Positions 1-9,018 of a stretch of 64,000 bases of DNA are shown here, one piece after another. Positions within the stretch are counted from its first letter, which is position 1; each line of letters begins with the position of its first letter. The translations under genes were made by a program, and so were the position numbers. The notes under the pieces are model-generated. The model was not told the origin of the DNA. It ran no database searches and saw only the letters and a program-made list of their open reading frames with translations. Location of the stretch: positions 1 through 64,000 of IMG/VR virus record IMGVR_UViG_3300037042_004723. One strand, given 5' to 3'. This stretch comes from a virus.

Positions 1-258
1 TGATGATGATGTTCATTGTTCCTGTTCGACGTGCCGCAGGGGCAGGTTCTGACAGTAACTACAATCGAGACCCGAGAAACTTTCAGTCTTTCTTGTCTGG
101 CTTGGCGTCGGGGTTCACCTTGACGGTGACGGCAGTCCGCACGACCTCCGGATGGACATCGCAGTACCCGTCATGGTCGAGGTCGCGCTCGCAGCACTGG
201 GTCTTCTTCTCGGGCTCGGTCATGGCCCCAGGTGACAACGCGCAGGCCGTATTGTCAA

Positions 259-801
259 CTACTTGGGCGCCATCGTCATGCTCATCGCCTTGCCCTCGTA
301 GCGGGGCATGCTGATTAGCTTGGCGATATCCATGAGTTCTTTGGCTACCCTGTCCAGGACGATCTTGCCGACCTCAGGGTGAGCGTTCTCGCGGCCCTTG
401 AATCGGACCTCGAACTGAACCTTGTGACCCTCTTCGATGAACTCGCGCGAGTTCTTAATCTTGAAGGCCATGTCGTGCTCGTCGGTCTTTGGGCGGAAGC
501 GGATTTGCTTCAGCTCGGACTGGAACGAGTTCTTCTTCTGCTCGTTCGCCTTCTTGGCGGCCTCGTACTTGAATTTACCGTAATCGCAGATTTTGCATAC
601 CGGCGGCTGCGCAGTAGGCGAAATCTCAATAAGGTCAAGTCCAAGGTCCTGCGCCTTGGCCAAAGCTTCATGGGACGACATGACTCCTAGCTGGGACCCA
701 TCATCCATGACCACTCTGATTTCCAGCACCCGGATTTGGTGATTTATCCTGGGTCCATTACTGCGTGGCCTGCTGCGATCCGTCGATTGAAACGGTGGCA
801 A
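259..801 (-). CDS. infC: Translation initiation factor IF-3 (full length, stand-alone)
   Basis: PRINHQIR, LDLIEISPTAQPPVCKICDYGKFKYE, KQIRFRPKTDEHD, GHKVQFEVRFKGRE are IF3 N- and C-domain signatures; no thrS/rpmI/rplT neighbours. Confidence 0.95.
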   Translation of the reverse strand: MPPFQSTDRSRPRSNGPRINHQIRVLEIRVVMDDGSQLGVMSSHEALAKAQDLGLDLIEISPTAQPPVCKICDYGKFKYEAAKKANEQKKNSFQSELKQIRFRPKTDEHDMAFKIKNSREFIEEGHKVQFEVRFKGRENAHPEVGKIVLDRVAKELMDIAKLISMPRYEGKAMSMTMAPK

Positions 802-803
802 TT

Positions 804-986
804 CTAATTCTCCTTTGATGGGCTGTAGTCGAAGGCTCTATCCAAGCATATGTCTCTGAGGTCGTCAAAGTCTTTGGTAAATTCTTCGTCCCGGCCCTCG
901 AATGGAATCTGCCTGGCGCGGAGGCTCTCGATCAATTTCCACATGAGCCAATACTGTTTTTTATTCAGCTGTTTCTTGTTGCTCAT
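804..986 (-). CDS. Hypothetical protein (60 aa)
   Basis: ORF track; packed between infC and the helicase. Confidence 0.6.
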   Translation of the reverse strand: MSNKKQLNKKQYWLMWKLIESLRARQIPFEGRDEEFTKDFDDLRDICLDRAFDYSPSKEN

Positions 987-3804
987 CTGATTTCGGCCTC
1001 AGCTGGATGATGTTCGAGAGATTCGACGGCTCGGTGATTTCGAGACCGCGCTGTCTAAGAAATGACTCGGCAAGCCGTTTGACGTCGGGCGCGCTGGCCT
1101 GGGCGGTTTCGATGAGGTCTGCGTTGGGGTCGCGGATACCCTGGCTCTGGGACTTCTTGACGCCGAGAACGTCCAGCATCACGGGGTCGCTGCCGTAGTC
1201 GGATAGGAGGAAGTAGGCCATCACTGGATCTGTCTGGCCATCACGGTGGACTCGTCCAATACATTGTTCGTGAACGCCGGGAGACCAGTCCAGCTCACCG
1301 AAAACGACGGTCCTGCACTTGAATTGGAGCCCGTCGAGGCCGGCGCCGGCTCGGAGGGACATCATCAAGATCTTCGACTCGCCGCTCAGGAACTTCTCCT
1401 TAGCGAGCTGCTTCTGGTTGTCGCTCTCGCTGCCGGTGTACATGACCGGTCCCAGGTCGGCCAGCTTGGCGTTGAGGATATCGTAGACCTCGCGATGCCA
1501 GGCGTACAGCAGGACAGGCTCATCGGCCTCGGCAAGCATCCTGACAAAGTCAGCGACGTAGGGGCTGTTGTGCGTGACTGTATAGTCATGCAGAAGAAAC
1601 AACCCGTCGCCGTCCAGAGCGAATCCATGAAAAGTTCCACGACCGACAGATTTGATTTTGATCCCTGACCTGAGTGGGTCTTTAACCTGCCGCCGTGGTG
1701 ATGATTTTTTTCTCACAATACGAAGCGGAAGATTTTCAACTCCATTGCCATAGACGCTAACAAGGAAGGCGGGGAAGCTTTTGCCTGTTTGGTTTTTGGC
1801 TGTGATTTTTTTGACTTTGCTTGCGAGCCCAAGAGACATCGCGAGTTGACAGATCTGATCTGCCAGATGTTCCCATTTGCTGCTGATCGTGTAGCACCCA
1901 GGGCAGTTTAGGTGTCCATCGGTATCTAGTAACCCAGCTAGCAGCAGTTCTCTGTTCCGCCTGGAGTTAATCAGATATTTGTCCGGTATGTGCTTATTTT
2001 GAAATACTTTTAGTTCTTTCAGTAACTGAATCAGTTTATTATGACTAACGAATCCACGGCGACCGACGACTGAATTTCCGGTCCATCCTGGTGATATTCT
2101 GTATGTAGGAGCCGTCCGATCTGGCGCTTTTACTGTGACGAGAAGGCCGTACTGTTTAGCGAAATCACACATGAAATCTGCGATTTCTTCATCGGCAGAA
2201 GTAACAGCAGCAGAATCGCTGGTTCCATCACCTAGCCACAGTCCAAGGAAGTATGGATCTAGCGGTACCGATACCTCAGGGAATTCAATGCCAACCTTAA
2301 ATCCCTTTAGTAAATGATGAAAGTATGGCTTCTTACTTAGGTATTCGTCGACAGATATCTCAATATGGTCACCTTTGATGTATGGTGCGAAGGCGTTTTT
2401 GTTGTTCTTCCTAAGAACGCCAGTTATTTTGAGTGCTAATATGTGATCGCCGTTTACTCTGTATGGTGCAAACAATGGCCTGCGAGAGGTCGATGACACT
2501 TCATGCATCTCGCCACGCCCAGATGACGTAGTGAGAATCTTTCTCGGCTTGCTGTCAGGTCCCATGAGAAGATCGCCGGGCTTTAGATTTTCGACCGCTT
2601 CCGTTGTTCCGTCATACTTTATTACTCGTGTCCCTGGAGCCAAACATTTGGCGATTCCTGTAGCCTGCCTGACGATGTTGGACAGCTCCTCTGCCGCCTG
2701 CATCTTGACGCCCTTTTTGAGGGTGTTTTGAGACAGGATGATTTTCGCAAGCTCGGCAGCCGAATCCTCGATTTTACTGAGGGCTTCGGTGTCGGCTTCG
2801 ACTGCCTGGACGATCTTCGAGAGGGGTTCCAGCTCCCGGCCGACTTCGCTTCGGGTCCGGCGGATCATGAGGCCCTGTTCGCGCATGTAGGATCCGAACG
2901 ACTTGGGGTCCCGAATCTTGGGCCGGTCGGAGTTGTATGAGTCGCACCACTCGCGCGTGAACTCGTCCTTTTGTCCAAGGCAGCCAGGCTCGATCGCGTT
3001 CATGACGCTGAATATCTCGCCGCCGTAGTTGAAGATAGGCGTGGCACTGAGGCCGACTCTCAGTGAGGCGCCCTCCGAGACGTGCATGGCAGCGCTGTAT
3101 TTTTGGGACTCGGCGCGGCGTAGCTCCTGGACCTCGTCGTAGATGACGGTCTTCACAACGCCGGCAAGGGTTTCCGCCCAACCACCGAGCTTGTGGTAGT
3201 TGATGATCAGGACGTCCGGGAACAGCACTTTCTCCCCGCCCTTTCCCTTGCAGACGTCGTAGACGGTGCCTTTTTTGATGACGTGGGTCCTCAGTTTGGG
3301 GAGGAACTTGTCGATCTCTTTGGCCCACTGCTTTGGCAAGTGCGCCAACGTGACCACGAGGGCGGGCAGGTTCGACGGGTCGGTAAGCGTGCAGATGCTT
3401 GTCGCTGTTTTGCCAAGGCCGACATCATCGGCGACCAGGAGCCGGCCGGTTCGCATGGCCAGGTCGGCTGCGATTCTCTGATATTCGCGTGGCTGGAGGG
3501 CCAGCTCGAATTCAGGCGCGGTGTAATCGCCTTCTTGCACCTGATGGACGAGAAGCTCGACATTGCGATGCTCCTCGGTCTTCTCTTCCAGGCTGCGGCG
3601 GTCTGCCTTGGACATCTCCATCGGGTATCTGATCAGGAACCACCCGAGTTCGTGTGAATTCTCGGCCGACGCCGACAGGGACAGCTTGCCGTACTGGTTT
3701 TTGTTGATCTTCTGGAAGACGCGCTTGAGGCGCAGGGCTACCTGCGGCTCGGTCTCAATGATCCAGTACCTGCCATTGAGGGTGACGGTTCCATACGATC
3801 TCAC
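961..3804 (-). CDS. SNF2-family helicase/ATPase containing an intein
   Basis: LVADDVGLGKT (motif I), VIYDEVQ (II), GLSATP (III), SLRAGAGLDGLQ (V), EQCIGRVHRDGQ (VI). Confidence 0.92.
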   Translation of the reverse strand: MRSYGTVTLNGRYWIIETEPQVALRLKRVFQKINKNQYGKLSLSASAENSHELGWFLIRYPMEMSKADRRSLEEKTEEHRNVELLVHQVQEGDYTAPEFELALQPREYQRIAADLAMRTGRLLVADDVGLGKTATSICTLTDPSNLPALVVTLAHLPKQWAKEIDKFLPKLRTHVIKKGTVYDVCKGKGGEKVLFPDVLIINYHKLGGWAETLAGVVKTVIYDEVQELRRAESQKYSAAMHVSEGASLRVGLSATPIFNYGGEIFSVMNAIEPGCLGQKDEFTREWCDSYNSDRPKIRDPKSFGSYMREQGLMIRRTRSEVGRELEPLSKIVQAVEADTEALSKIEDSAAELAKIILSQNTLKKGVKMQAAEELSNIVRQATGIAKCLAPGTRVIKYDGTTEAVENLKPGDLLMGPDSKPRKILTTSSGRGEMHEVSSTSRRPLFAPYRVNGDHILALKITGVLRKNNKNAFAPYIKGDHIEISVDEYLSKKPYFHHLLKGFKVGIEFPEVSVPLDPYFLGLWLGDGTSDSAAVTSADEEIADFMCDFAKQYGLLVTVKAPDRTAPTYRISPGWTGNSVVGRRGFVSHNKLIQLLKELKVFQNKHIPDKYLINSRRNRELLLAGLLDTDGHLNCPGCYTISSKWEHLADQICQLAMSLGLASKVKKITAKNQTGKSFPAFLVSVYGNGVENLPLRIVRKKSSPRRQVKDPLRSGIKIKSVGRGTFHGFALDGDGLFLLHDYTVTHNSPYVADFVRMLAEADEPVLLYAWHREVYDILNAKLADLGPVMYTGSESDNQKQLAKEKFLSGESKILMMSLRAGAGLDGLQFKCRTVVFGELDWSPGVHEQCIGRVHRDGQTDPVMAYFLLSDYGSDPVMLDVLGVKKSQSQGIRDPNADLIETAQASAPDVKRLAESFLRQRGLEITEPSNLSNIIQLRPKSDEQQETAE
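1567..2646 (-). mobile_element. Intein (360 aa) with LAGLIDADG homing endonuclease in the SNF2 helicase
   Basis: GIAK|CLAPGT ... HDYTVTHN|SPYV; LGLWLGDG and LAGLLDTDG motifs; visibly more AT-rich than the exteins. Confidence 0.93.
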
Positions 3805-4202
3805 AGCATGCTTCCGAGGAGGCTATGGCACCTGATGGGCTTGTGATTCATATCTTCTGGGAGATTGGCCAGGCGGGTCTTCGAGGTTACCAGGAGGATG
3901 CCTAGGACTTCGTCGTGTTGGACGTAGCGATGGATCTGGCGGGTAAGCTCGGATAGAGAGTGGTCGATCTTGGCTTCGACTGCGACCTTCTTCTCGGGCC
4001 AATAGAAGTCGACGATGTCATCGTTGGACAGCCGATGCTCCGCAAAGAAGACGCCGTCCAGTGTCCTGAACACCTTGCCGATGCCAGCCTGCAGCTCCTT
4101 TTCGTTGGAGAAGTTGAAGCGGTACTTGCTGAGGACGGAGCTTAGGTGTTCGATCCACTGGATCGCATCAACACGCGGACTGAGAGAAACGATGTCGCTC
4201 AT
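3801..4202 (-). CDS. PD-(D/E)xK nuclease-like protein
   Basis: EKELQ...IVDF...VAVEAK motif pattern; overlaps the helicase start. Confidence 0.6.
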   Translation of the reverse strand: MSDIVSLSPRVDAIQWIEHLSSVLSKYRFNFSNEKELQAGIGKVFRTLDGVFFAEHRLSNDDIVDFYWPEKKVAVEAKIDHSLSELTRQIHRYVQHDEVLGILLVTSKTRLANLPEDMNHKPIRCHSLLGSML

Positions 4203-4471
4203 TCCTGGGCAGCGGTCAGTTCGGCAGGCGACGGCCCCGTTGGCCGTATATTAGTACCGGCCATGGCAAGCACGATGGAAGAGCAAGCCCGTGACGTCAT
4301 GAGTACAGTCGTTGAGAAGTTGCTTGATGCTTCTTCAAGTGCCTGAAGGGAAATGGAATCCCATTGGTTGCTGTGAGCGTTCGTGATGGCGAACTGCACT
4401 CTGGCGAAAGCCGCCAGGACGGCGTCCTGCTTGATCTGGAATTCATCACGTAGTATTTCAATTTTCGACAT
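4199..4471 (-). CDS. Hypothetical protein
   Basis: ORF track; 4-nt overlap with the next gene. Confidence 0.65.
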   Translation of the reverse strand: MSKIEILRDEFQIKQDAVLAAFARVQFAITNAHSNQWDSISLQALEEASSNFSTTVLMTSRACSSIVLAMAGTNIRPTGPSPAELTAAQE

Positions 4472-4568
4472 GCTGTTTCTCTTTCATCTTCTCGACATCG
4501 GTTGATAGCCGCCGCAAGTTCGCTTCTCATTAGCTGATTGTCAAGACAAGGCTTCAGGGGCTAGCCTT

Positions 4569-4937
4569 TCAGGGGAACAGCTCGGCCATGATCTGATCCC
4601 TAAGTAGGGCCAGTTTCAAGTTAACAATGTTTAGCTGTTCTTGTGTCTTGCTGCTTACATCTTCCAGTGTGGTTACGCAGTGCCAATCATCTCCGCATAG
4701 ATATAAGGCGCAGGGGCCGTAGAAACCGTCCTTGATCAGGAACTGGCGTCGACCTAGTCCGCCGAGGCTGACATCGGAAACCATGTGCTTGAAGGGCTCC
4801 CTCTGCTCATGGTTTGCCGAAGCGAATGCCACCAGGTGCTGGAAGATGCGGCCGGCGATCTCCGGTGATATGGGGATCAGCGGCGCCCTGCAATCGTCTG
4901 GAAATGAAATTAGATCAACGCCGAGGATGGAGCCCAT
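4569..4937 (-). CDS. Hypothetical protein
   Basis: ORF track; co-oriented. Confidence 0.6.
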   Translation of the reverse strand: MGSILGVDLISFPDDCRAPLIPISPEIAGRIFQHLVAFASANHEQREPFKHMVSDVSLGGLGRRQFLIKDGFYGPCALYLCGDDWHCVTTLEDVSSKTQEQLNIVNLKLALLRDQIMAELFP

Positions 4938-4946
4938 GCCGACATC

Positions 4947-5120
4947 CTATCTGGTTTCGCATTTCCGGTCTGGCGCCCACGACGGTGTGGACTTCAACGG
5001 CTTCCAGGTCTGCGGATGCTTGCATTTAGCATCTGCCTTGTTCCCCATGAAGATGGCCACGGCCAGGATGAGGCCGAAGGCTGCCTGGAGCGCGAGGATG
5101 CCGAGGAGGGTCTTGATCAT
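4947..5120 (-). CDS. Small membrane protein (57 aa)
   Basis: Manual translation MIKTLLGILALQAAFGLILAVAIFMG...; one hydrophobic helix. Confidence 0.5.
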   Translation of the reverse strand: MIKTLLGILALQAAFGLILAVAIFMGNKADAKCKHPQTWKPLKSTPSWAPDRKCETR

Positions 5121-5470
5121 TGTGGTTTAGGTCCAAAGCCTGAGTAGGGAACCGTGTTCGTGAAGTTCCCGGTCTGCACGGGGAGGTCTCGGTCCCAGTT
5201 CGCAGTGCGGTCTTGTGAGACCTGGTCTTCCAAGTCTTTGCTGAAGTCGTAACACTCGAACGGGTCAAAATTGTCCCCGTTGATGGCCAGGTATCGAACG
5301 AATTCCTGACGTGGACTGCGGCCATCCCCGACGAACAGCGACAGCACCTCGTTGGTCAGGGTGTTTCTCAGGCGGATCATCCACTGAGCGCCGCGCGCTC
5401 GCCCCTCTTGTAACTGCTGCCTGATCTGCGGTTGGAGCTTAGATTTCTCTTCGTTGAAATATTGGCTCAC
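5117..5470 (-). CDS. Hypothetical protein
   Basis: ORF track; overlapping stop/start with neighbour. Confidence 0.65.
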   Translation of the reverse strand: MSQYFNEEKSKLQPQIRQQLQEGRARGAQWMIRLRNTLTNEVLSLFVGDGRSPRQEFVRYLAINGDNFDPFECYDFSKDLEDQVSQDRTANWDRDLPVQTGNFTNTVPYSGFGPKPQ

Positions 5471-5482
5471 CTGTTCAATATA

Positions 5483-6190
5483 TCAGGACGCTGGGGCAGC
5501 GTCATCCTTTGGCGGAGGGCCGCCGAAGTCGAACTCGTCATTGCGGTGGACCGTCATGAGCACGTTACGCTTCATGTAGAAGATCCACTCCACGCCGTTC
5601 TCGTCGGTGACGGTGTAAAGGTCGACGCGCTGGGACCTGTGCTTGTTCTTGCCCGGCTTGGTCCGCTTGGTATAGCTGGTGCCCTGAGCCTTCTTCTGGC
5701 TGCTGTTGTATTGGGCCAGCGGGTACAGCCGTTCGATCATGTTTGCCGCATCGACGACCGAGTCGAAGCCTGCGCGGATTTTAGCCATCTTCAGAGCATG
5801 GGGCGGGATGACGATCTTGTTCCATGGTGTTTTAGGCTCAGGCGGTTGAGGAGGGGTTGCCACCGGCCTGGTTAGCGGGACTCTGCGCCTGGGGTCGTCG
5901 GCCTTGTCGTAGATCTGACCATCAACGTAGATTTTTCCGATCTTACCTTCGACATAGATCTTTCCTCCGGCGCTGTCGCGGATGCGCGCCTGGCACGGCA
6001 GGCACTCCTCGGTGATCACGTGAGTGGCCTCGCTCTCCCAGCGGCGTTCGCTCTCCAGCCGACATGGCAGACCGCACGGAGCTTCGTGGTTGCGAAACCG
6101 CATGCCCTTCTTCTGGCCGTTTTTCATGATCCAGAGACGTCGGATATTCTGCCCACAGCATGGGCATTCTGCAGGTGACAGTTTCGCCAT
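5483..6190 (-). CDS. Hypothetical protein with Cys motifs (CPCC, CLPC)
   Basis: ORF track, 235 aa. Confidence 0.65.
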   Translation of the reverse strand: MAKLSPAECPCCGQNIRRLWIMKNGQKKGMRFRNHEAPCGLPCRLESERRWESEATHVITEECLPCQARIRDSAGGKIYVEGKIGKIYVDGQIYDKADDPRRRVPLTRPVATPPQPPEPKTPWNKIVIPPHALKMAKIRAGFDSVVDAANMIERLYPLAQYNSSQKKAQGTSYTKRTKPGKNKHRSQRVDLYTVTDENGVEWIFYMKRNVLMTVHRNDEFDFGGPPPKDDAAPAS

Positions 6191-6636
6191 CAGTCCACGT
6201 AGTCGCGATCCCAGCGAGCATCTTCTATAGCTTCAGCCCTTGCCTCCATGGCGTATTCGTAGCGCCCCCGGGCGTCCTCTTCGCAGGCTTCGTACATCTC
6301 GTCTTGGATGTATTCCTCTGCCTTGTCCAGAGCAGTCTTGCCGCACCATTTATCCTTGGGGTCATCCTGGAACTGGTGCTGTTCGACGATCCCCTCAAGG
6401 AAGACGGAGAACGGGACGCGCTCCCATGGAGTATTCGGGTCGTTGGTTCGACGGCGCTTGATGTCGCCACTCATCACGTCGGCGGTTCCGCCTTCTGCCG
6501 GGTAACAATCCTCGGGAGGTCCAGAAATCCTTGCTGGTACGTATGGCTCGTAGCTGTCAGCTTCGACCTCGTACTCGTACTCGACGTACTCACCGTTGAT
6601 GATGTGCTCGATGTAGAAGGCTTTAGTGACGGCCAT
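6190..6636 (-). CDS. Acidic hypothetical phage protein
   Basis: ORF track; YEPYVPARISGPPEDCYPAEGG segment; stop overlaps next start. Confidence 0.7.
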   Translation of the reverse strand: MAVTKAFYIEHIINGEYVEYEYEVEADSYEPYVPARISGPPEDCYPAEGGTADVMSGDIKRRRTNDPNTPWERVPFSVFLEGIVEQHQFQDDPKDKWCGKTALDKAEEYIQDEMYEACEEDARGRYEYAMEARAEAIEDARWDRDYVD

Positions 6637-6781
6637 GGTTCACCTTATCGTAGGCGTCTGACGCTTGCTCGTACGTCGTGACGATCTCCTCGCGCGCCTG
6701 GGCGGCGATGATGGTTTCGATCATCAGCTCCCTGCGCAGCTTGGGGTTGGCGAGGATGGCCTTGATGTTCACGCGACGCAT
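6623..6781 (-). CDS. Hypothetical protein (MRRVNIKA..., 52 aa)
   Basis: 3' part of track ORF 6623-7075; start abuts the SWIM gene stop. Confidence 0.55.
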   Translation of the reverse strand: MRRVNIKAILANPKLRRELMIETIIAAQAREEIVTTYEQASDAYDKVNHGRH

Positions 6782-7107
6782 CAGACGGCCACCACGACTG
6801 GCACGGCCGGTCCCTTGCACTTCGGACAGACGTGACCTCCGTCTTGCGCAAGCGCTTGCGCCGTAGGTTCCAGTTCGGCGTTCCACCCACAGCGCTGCGC
6901 CTTTACGGCCAGGATGTGCTTGCAGTATTTTCCCTTGCCGAACTGGTACGCCTGGCAAGAGCACATCCAGTCGTACTGGACTAAGTGAGACGGGAGCATT
7001 GGGCCAAAGCTGACCTTGTGCATGACCCCATTGGACCCAGGCCACTCGGTTTGCCATGCCTTGTTGGATGAGCAAATCCAGGTCGTCACGTTGTGAAAGT
7101 CAGGCAT
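6781..7107 (-). CDS. SWIM zinc-finger protein
   Basis: WMCSCQAYQFGKGKYCKHILAV (CxCxnCxH); class-1 promoter 6 nt before ATG. Confidence 0.8.
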   Translation of the reverse strand: MPDFHNVTTWICSSNKAWQTEWPGSNGVMHKVSFGPMLPSHLVQYDWMCSCQAYQFGKGKYCKHILAVKAQRCGWNAELEPTAQALAQDGGHVCPKCKGPAVPVVVAV

Positions 7108-7163
7108 ATCCTAACTACAATTCAGGTCGCTGTTTCTTTCAGTAAATCAGCAGGCAGGTACAT

Positions 7164-7484
7164 CTACTTGCCGATCATGCTGCTGAGGGCAGCGCCAGCA
7201 TTGCGCCGCCAATCCTCGCGGTCAGAGGTCATCTTGTGAACCAGTGCAGGGCTGATGGCCAGGGCGAGATTCATGATCCGCTGCGCTGCCTTGGCGCCGA
7301 TGATGGACCCCGTATCGAGGTCGGCTACGTCCAACAAGCAGCGAATCATCAGTTCATCCGCCTTGGCGTCCCAGTGCGACATGGGCTTGCCGTTGAAGTG
7401 GCCCTTGCCGTCCACAGGGAAGCCGGGCATCGCTGGCTCGGCGGGCTTGCGCTTCTTGGACCTATCATTGATCGTCTTGCTCAT
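7164..7484 (-). CDS. Hypothetical protein
   Basis: ACGAAA-17-TGTAGA-6-ATG. Confidence 0.7.
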   Translation of the reverse strand: MSKTINDRSKKRKPAEPAMPGFPVDGKGHFNGKPMSHWDAKADELMIRCLLDVADLDTGSIIGAKAAQRIMNLALAISPALVHKMTSDREDWRRNAGAALSSMIGK

Positions 7485-7545
7485 GACCTATCTACAATCG
7501 AGCCATGAGAAAATTTCGTCTCAAATACGCCCATTGTCTAGACGG

Positions 7546-7863
7546 CTACGGGTACCGGACTTTGCTATCGGCTTTTCGCTTCTTGCGGTAGTCCGCCTGA
7601 TAGTCCCTGCATGCTTCGCAGATTTTTAGGTCTTCGAACGGCGGTTTCTTGCGGCACTGCGTGCATAGCTGGGCTGGCCTCGATTCGGTCCTTGCCGAAT
7701 AGAAGATGACGGCGGTGGCCTCGCCGCCGATCAGCTCATTGATCGGCGGCATCAACGTCACCGACTCGATGCGGGTCGGCCCTGCATCTTCGAGGAAGTT
7801 GTTTAGGCTTGCCTCGAAGGCGTCGGGCTCGCGTGGATTAAAACGCAGGACCCTTGCTCGCAT
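7546..7863 (-). CDS. Hypothetical protein with C-terminal CxxC...CxxC
   Basis: LCTQC...ICEAC followed by a basic tail. Confidence 0.65.
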   Translation of the reverse strand: MRARVLRFNPREPDAFEASLNNFLEDAGPTRIESVTLMPPINELIGGEATAVIFYSARTESRPAQLCTQCRKKPPFEDLKICEACRDYQADYRKKRKADSKVRYP

Positions 7864-8179
7864 CTTTTTGCTCCCGCATCTTGCGGCGCGTCCACTCGAT
7901 CATCGAGTCCGACTTGATGGTCCATGCGGTGCCGCCGATCGGCGCCAGCATGTCCACCTTGAAGTCCTCGTAGTACTGGAGTGCCTTCTGGTCATCGCGG
8001 TAGAAATCACACAGCATAGCCAGCGCTAACTGCGCTGCGCCGCTGTTGACAACGCCCCAGTCAAACCCATCCGAAGAGTGATTGCGCAGCTCTTTGCGCG
8101 TCATCAGCTCAACGCCATCGCAGGTGACCAGGCACCCGTTAGCGCCTCGAACTCCTTTGTAGACAACTCCGTGTTTCAT
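7838..8179 (-). CDS. DUF6166-like protein
   Basis: LRNHSSDGFDWG...GAAQLALAML motif, recalled family. Confidence 0.65.
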   Translation of the reverse strand: MKHGVVYKGVRGANGCLVTCDGVELMTRKELRNHSSDGFDWGVVNSGAAQLALAMLCDFYRDDQKALQYYEDFKVDMLAPIGGTAWTIKSDSMIEWTRRKMREQKDASKGPAF

Positions 8180-8252
8180 TTTCTGTTCCTATCATGTTCG
8201 ACGATGCTATGTGGCGTGGACGCCGCCAGAATTATCAGAAGTCCAACGAACG

Positions 8253-8810
8253 TTACTCGTAATACTTTCGCAGCCGGCAGGAGATTGTGGAGATATTGAC
8301 GCCGAATTCCTTGGCCATGTCTGTGTACGTCTTAGTCTTGGCCATCAATAACAATTCGTCGTCCGTTGCGAACAGCTTGCGACAACGCTTATTGCCCCAT
8401 GTTTCGGTTTGCTGGTGACAGTTGGGGCAAAGGAAGCGCAGGTTGTCACAGCTGTTGTTTGAGTCGTTGCCATCGACATGATCGAGATGTAGCGTGAGTG
8501 GCTTGTTTTGCCATATCGGTTGGCTGCCGCATTCGGCACACTCATATTTAATGATGTTATTCTCGATGATTCTTCTTCGAATAGCCTTCGGTGACAAATC
8601 CGCCAGGTCTTTCTTTTCCCTGGGAGCCTTGCGGATATGCCTTCCTGTCCAATGGGTAATATCTATATTTTCTGCAGATATTCTTTCAAGCAGAGCGGCT
8701 CGCCTATGCTGCCTGGAAGATCCAAATAGTTGACGTTCTAAGTGTGTCTTGTTTTTAACTGCAGCCACTATCCTGCGCAGTTCATCGGATGGTACGTCCG
8801 AAATTTTCAT
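8253..8810 (-). CDS. HNH endonuclease (probable free-standing homing endonuclease)
   Basis: CAECG...LTLHLDHVDGNDSNNSCDNLRFLCPNCH; AT-rich; C-terminal HTH-like segment. Confidence 0.85.
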   Translation of the reverse strand: MKISDVPSDELRRIVAAVKNKTHLERQLFGSSRQHRRAALLERISAENIDITHWTGRHIRKAPREKKDLADLSPKAIRRRIIENNIIKYECAECGSQPIWQNKPLTLHLDHVDGNDSNNSCDNLRFLCPNCHQQTETWGNKRCRKLFATDDELLLMAKTKTYTDMAKEFGVNISTISCRLRKYYE

Positions 8811-9018
8811 GAATCCGATGGTACACTAATAATGTCGTATTGAGATACGACGATCTCGTCATCCTTTCAGGTCAGCCGGCTTTAGCCAGCTTCGGTTTCT
8901 CTGCGCAACGTACAACCTCGTCGTCACGGAATTCTACCTCGTGGAGGTTGTAAATCACAGCCATTCCGTTGACGTGGCCTTCCACGAATCCCATGGGTTG
9001 CAAAACCAGATCTGGAGG

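Noticed and set aside
259-801. Bacterial chromosomal infC operon
   Set aside because: thrS, rpmI and rplT are absent; neighbours are phage-type genes
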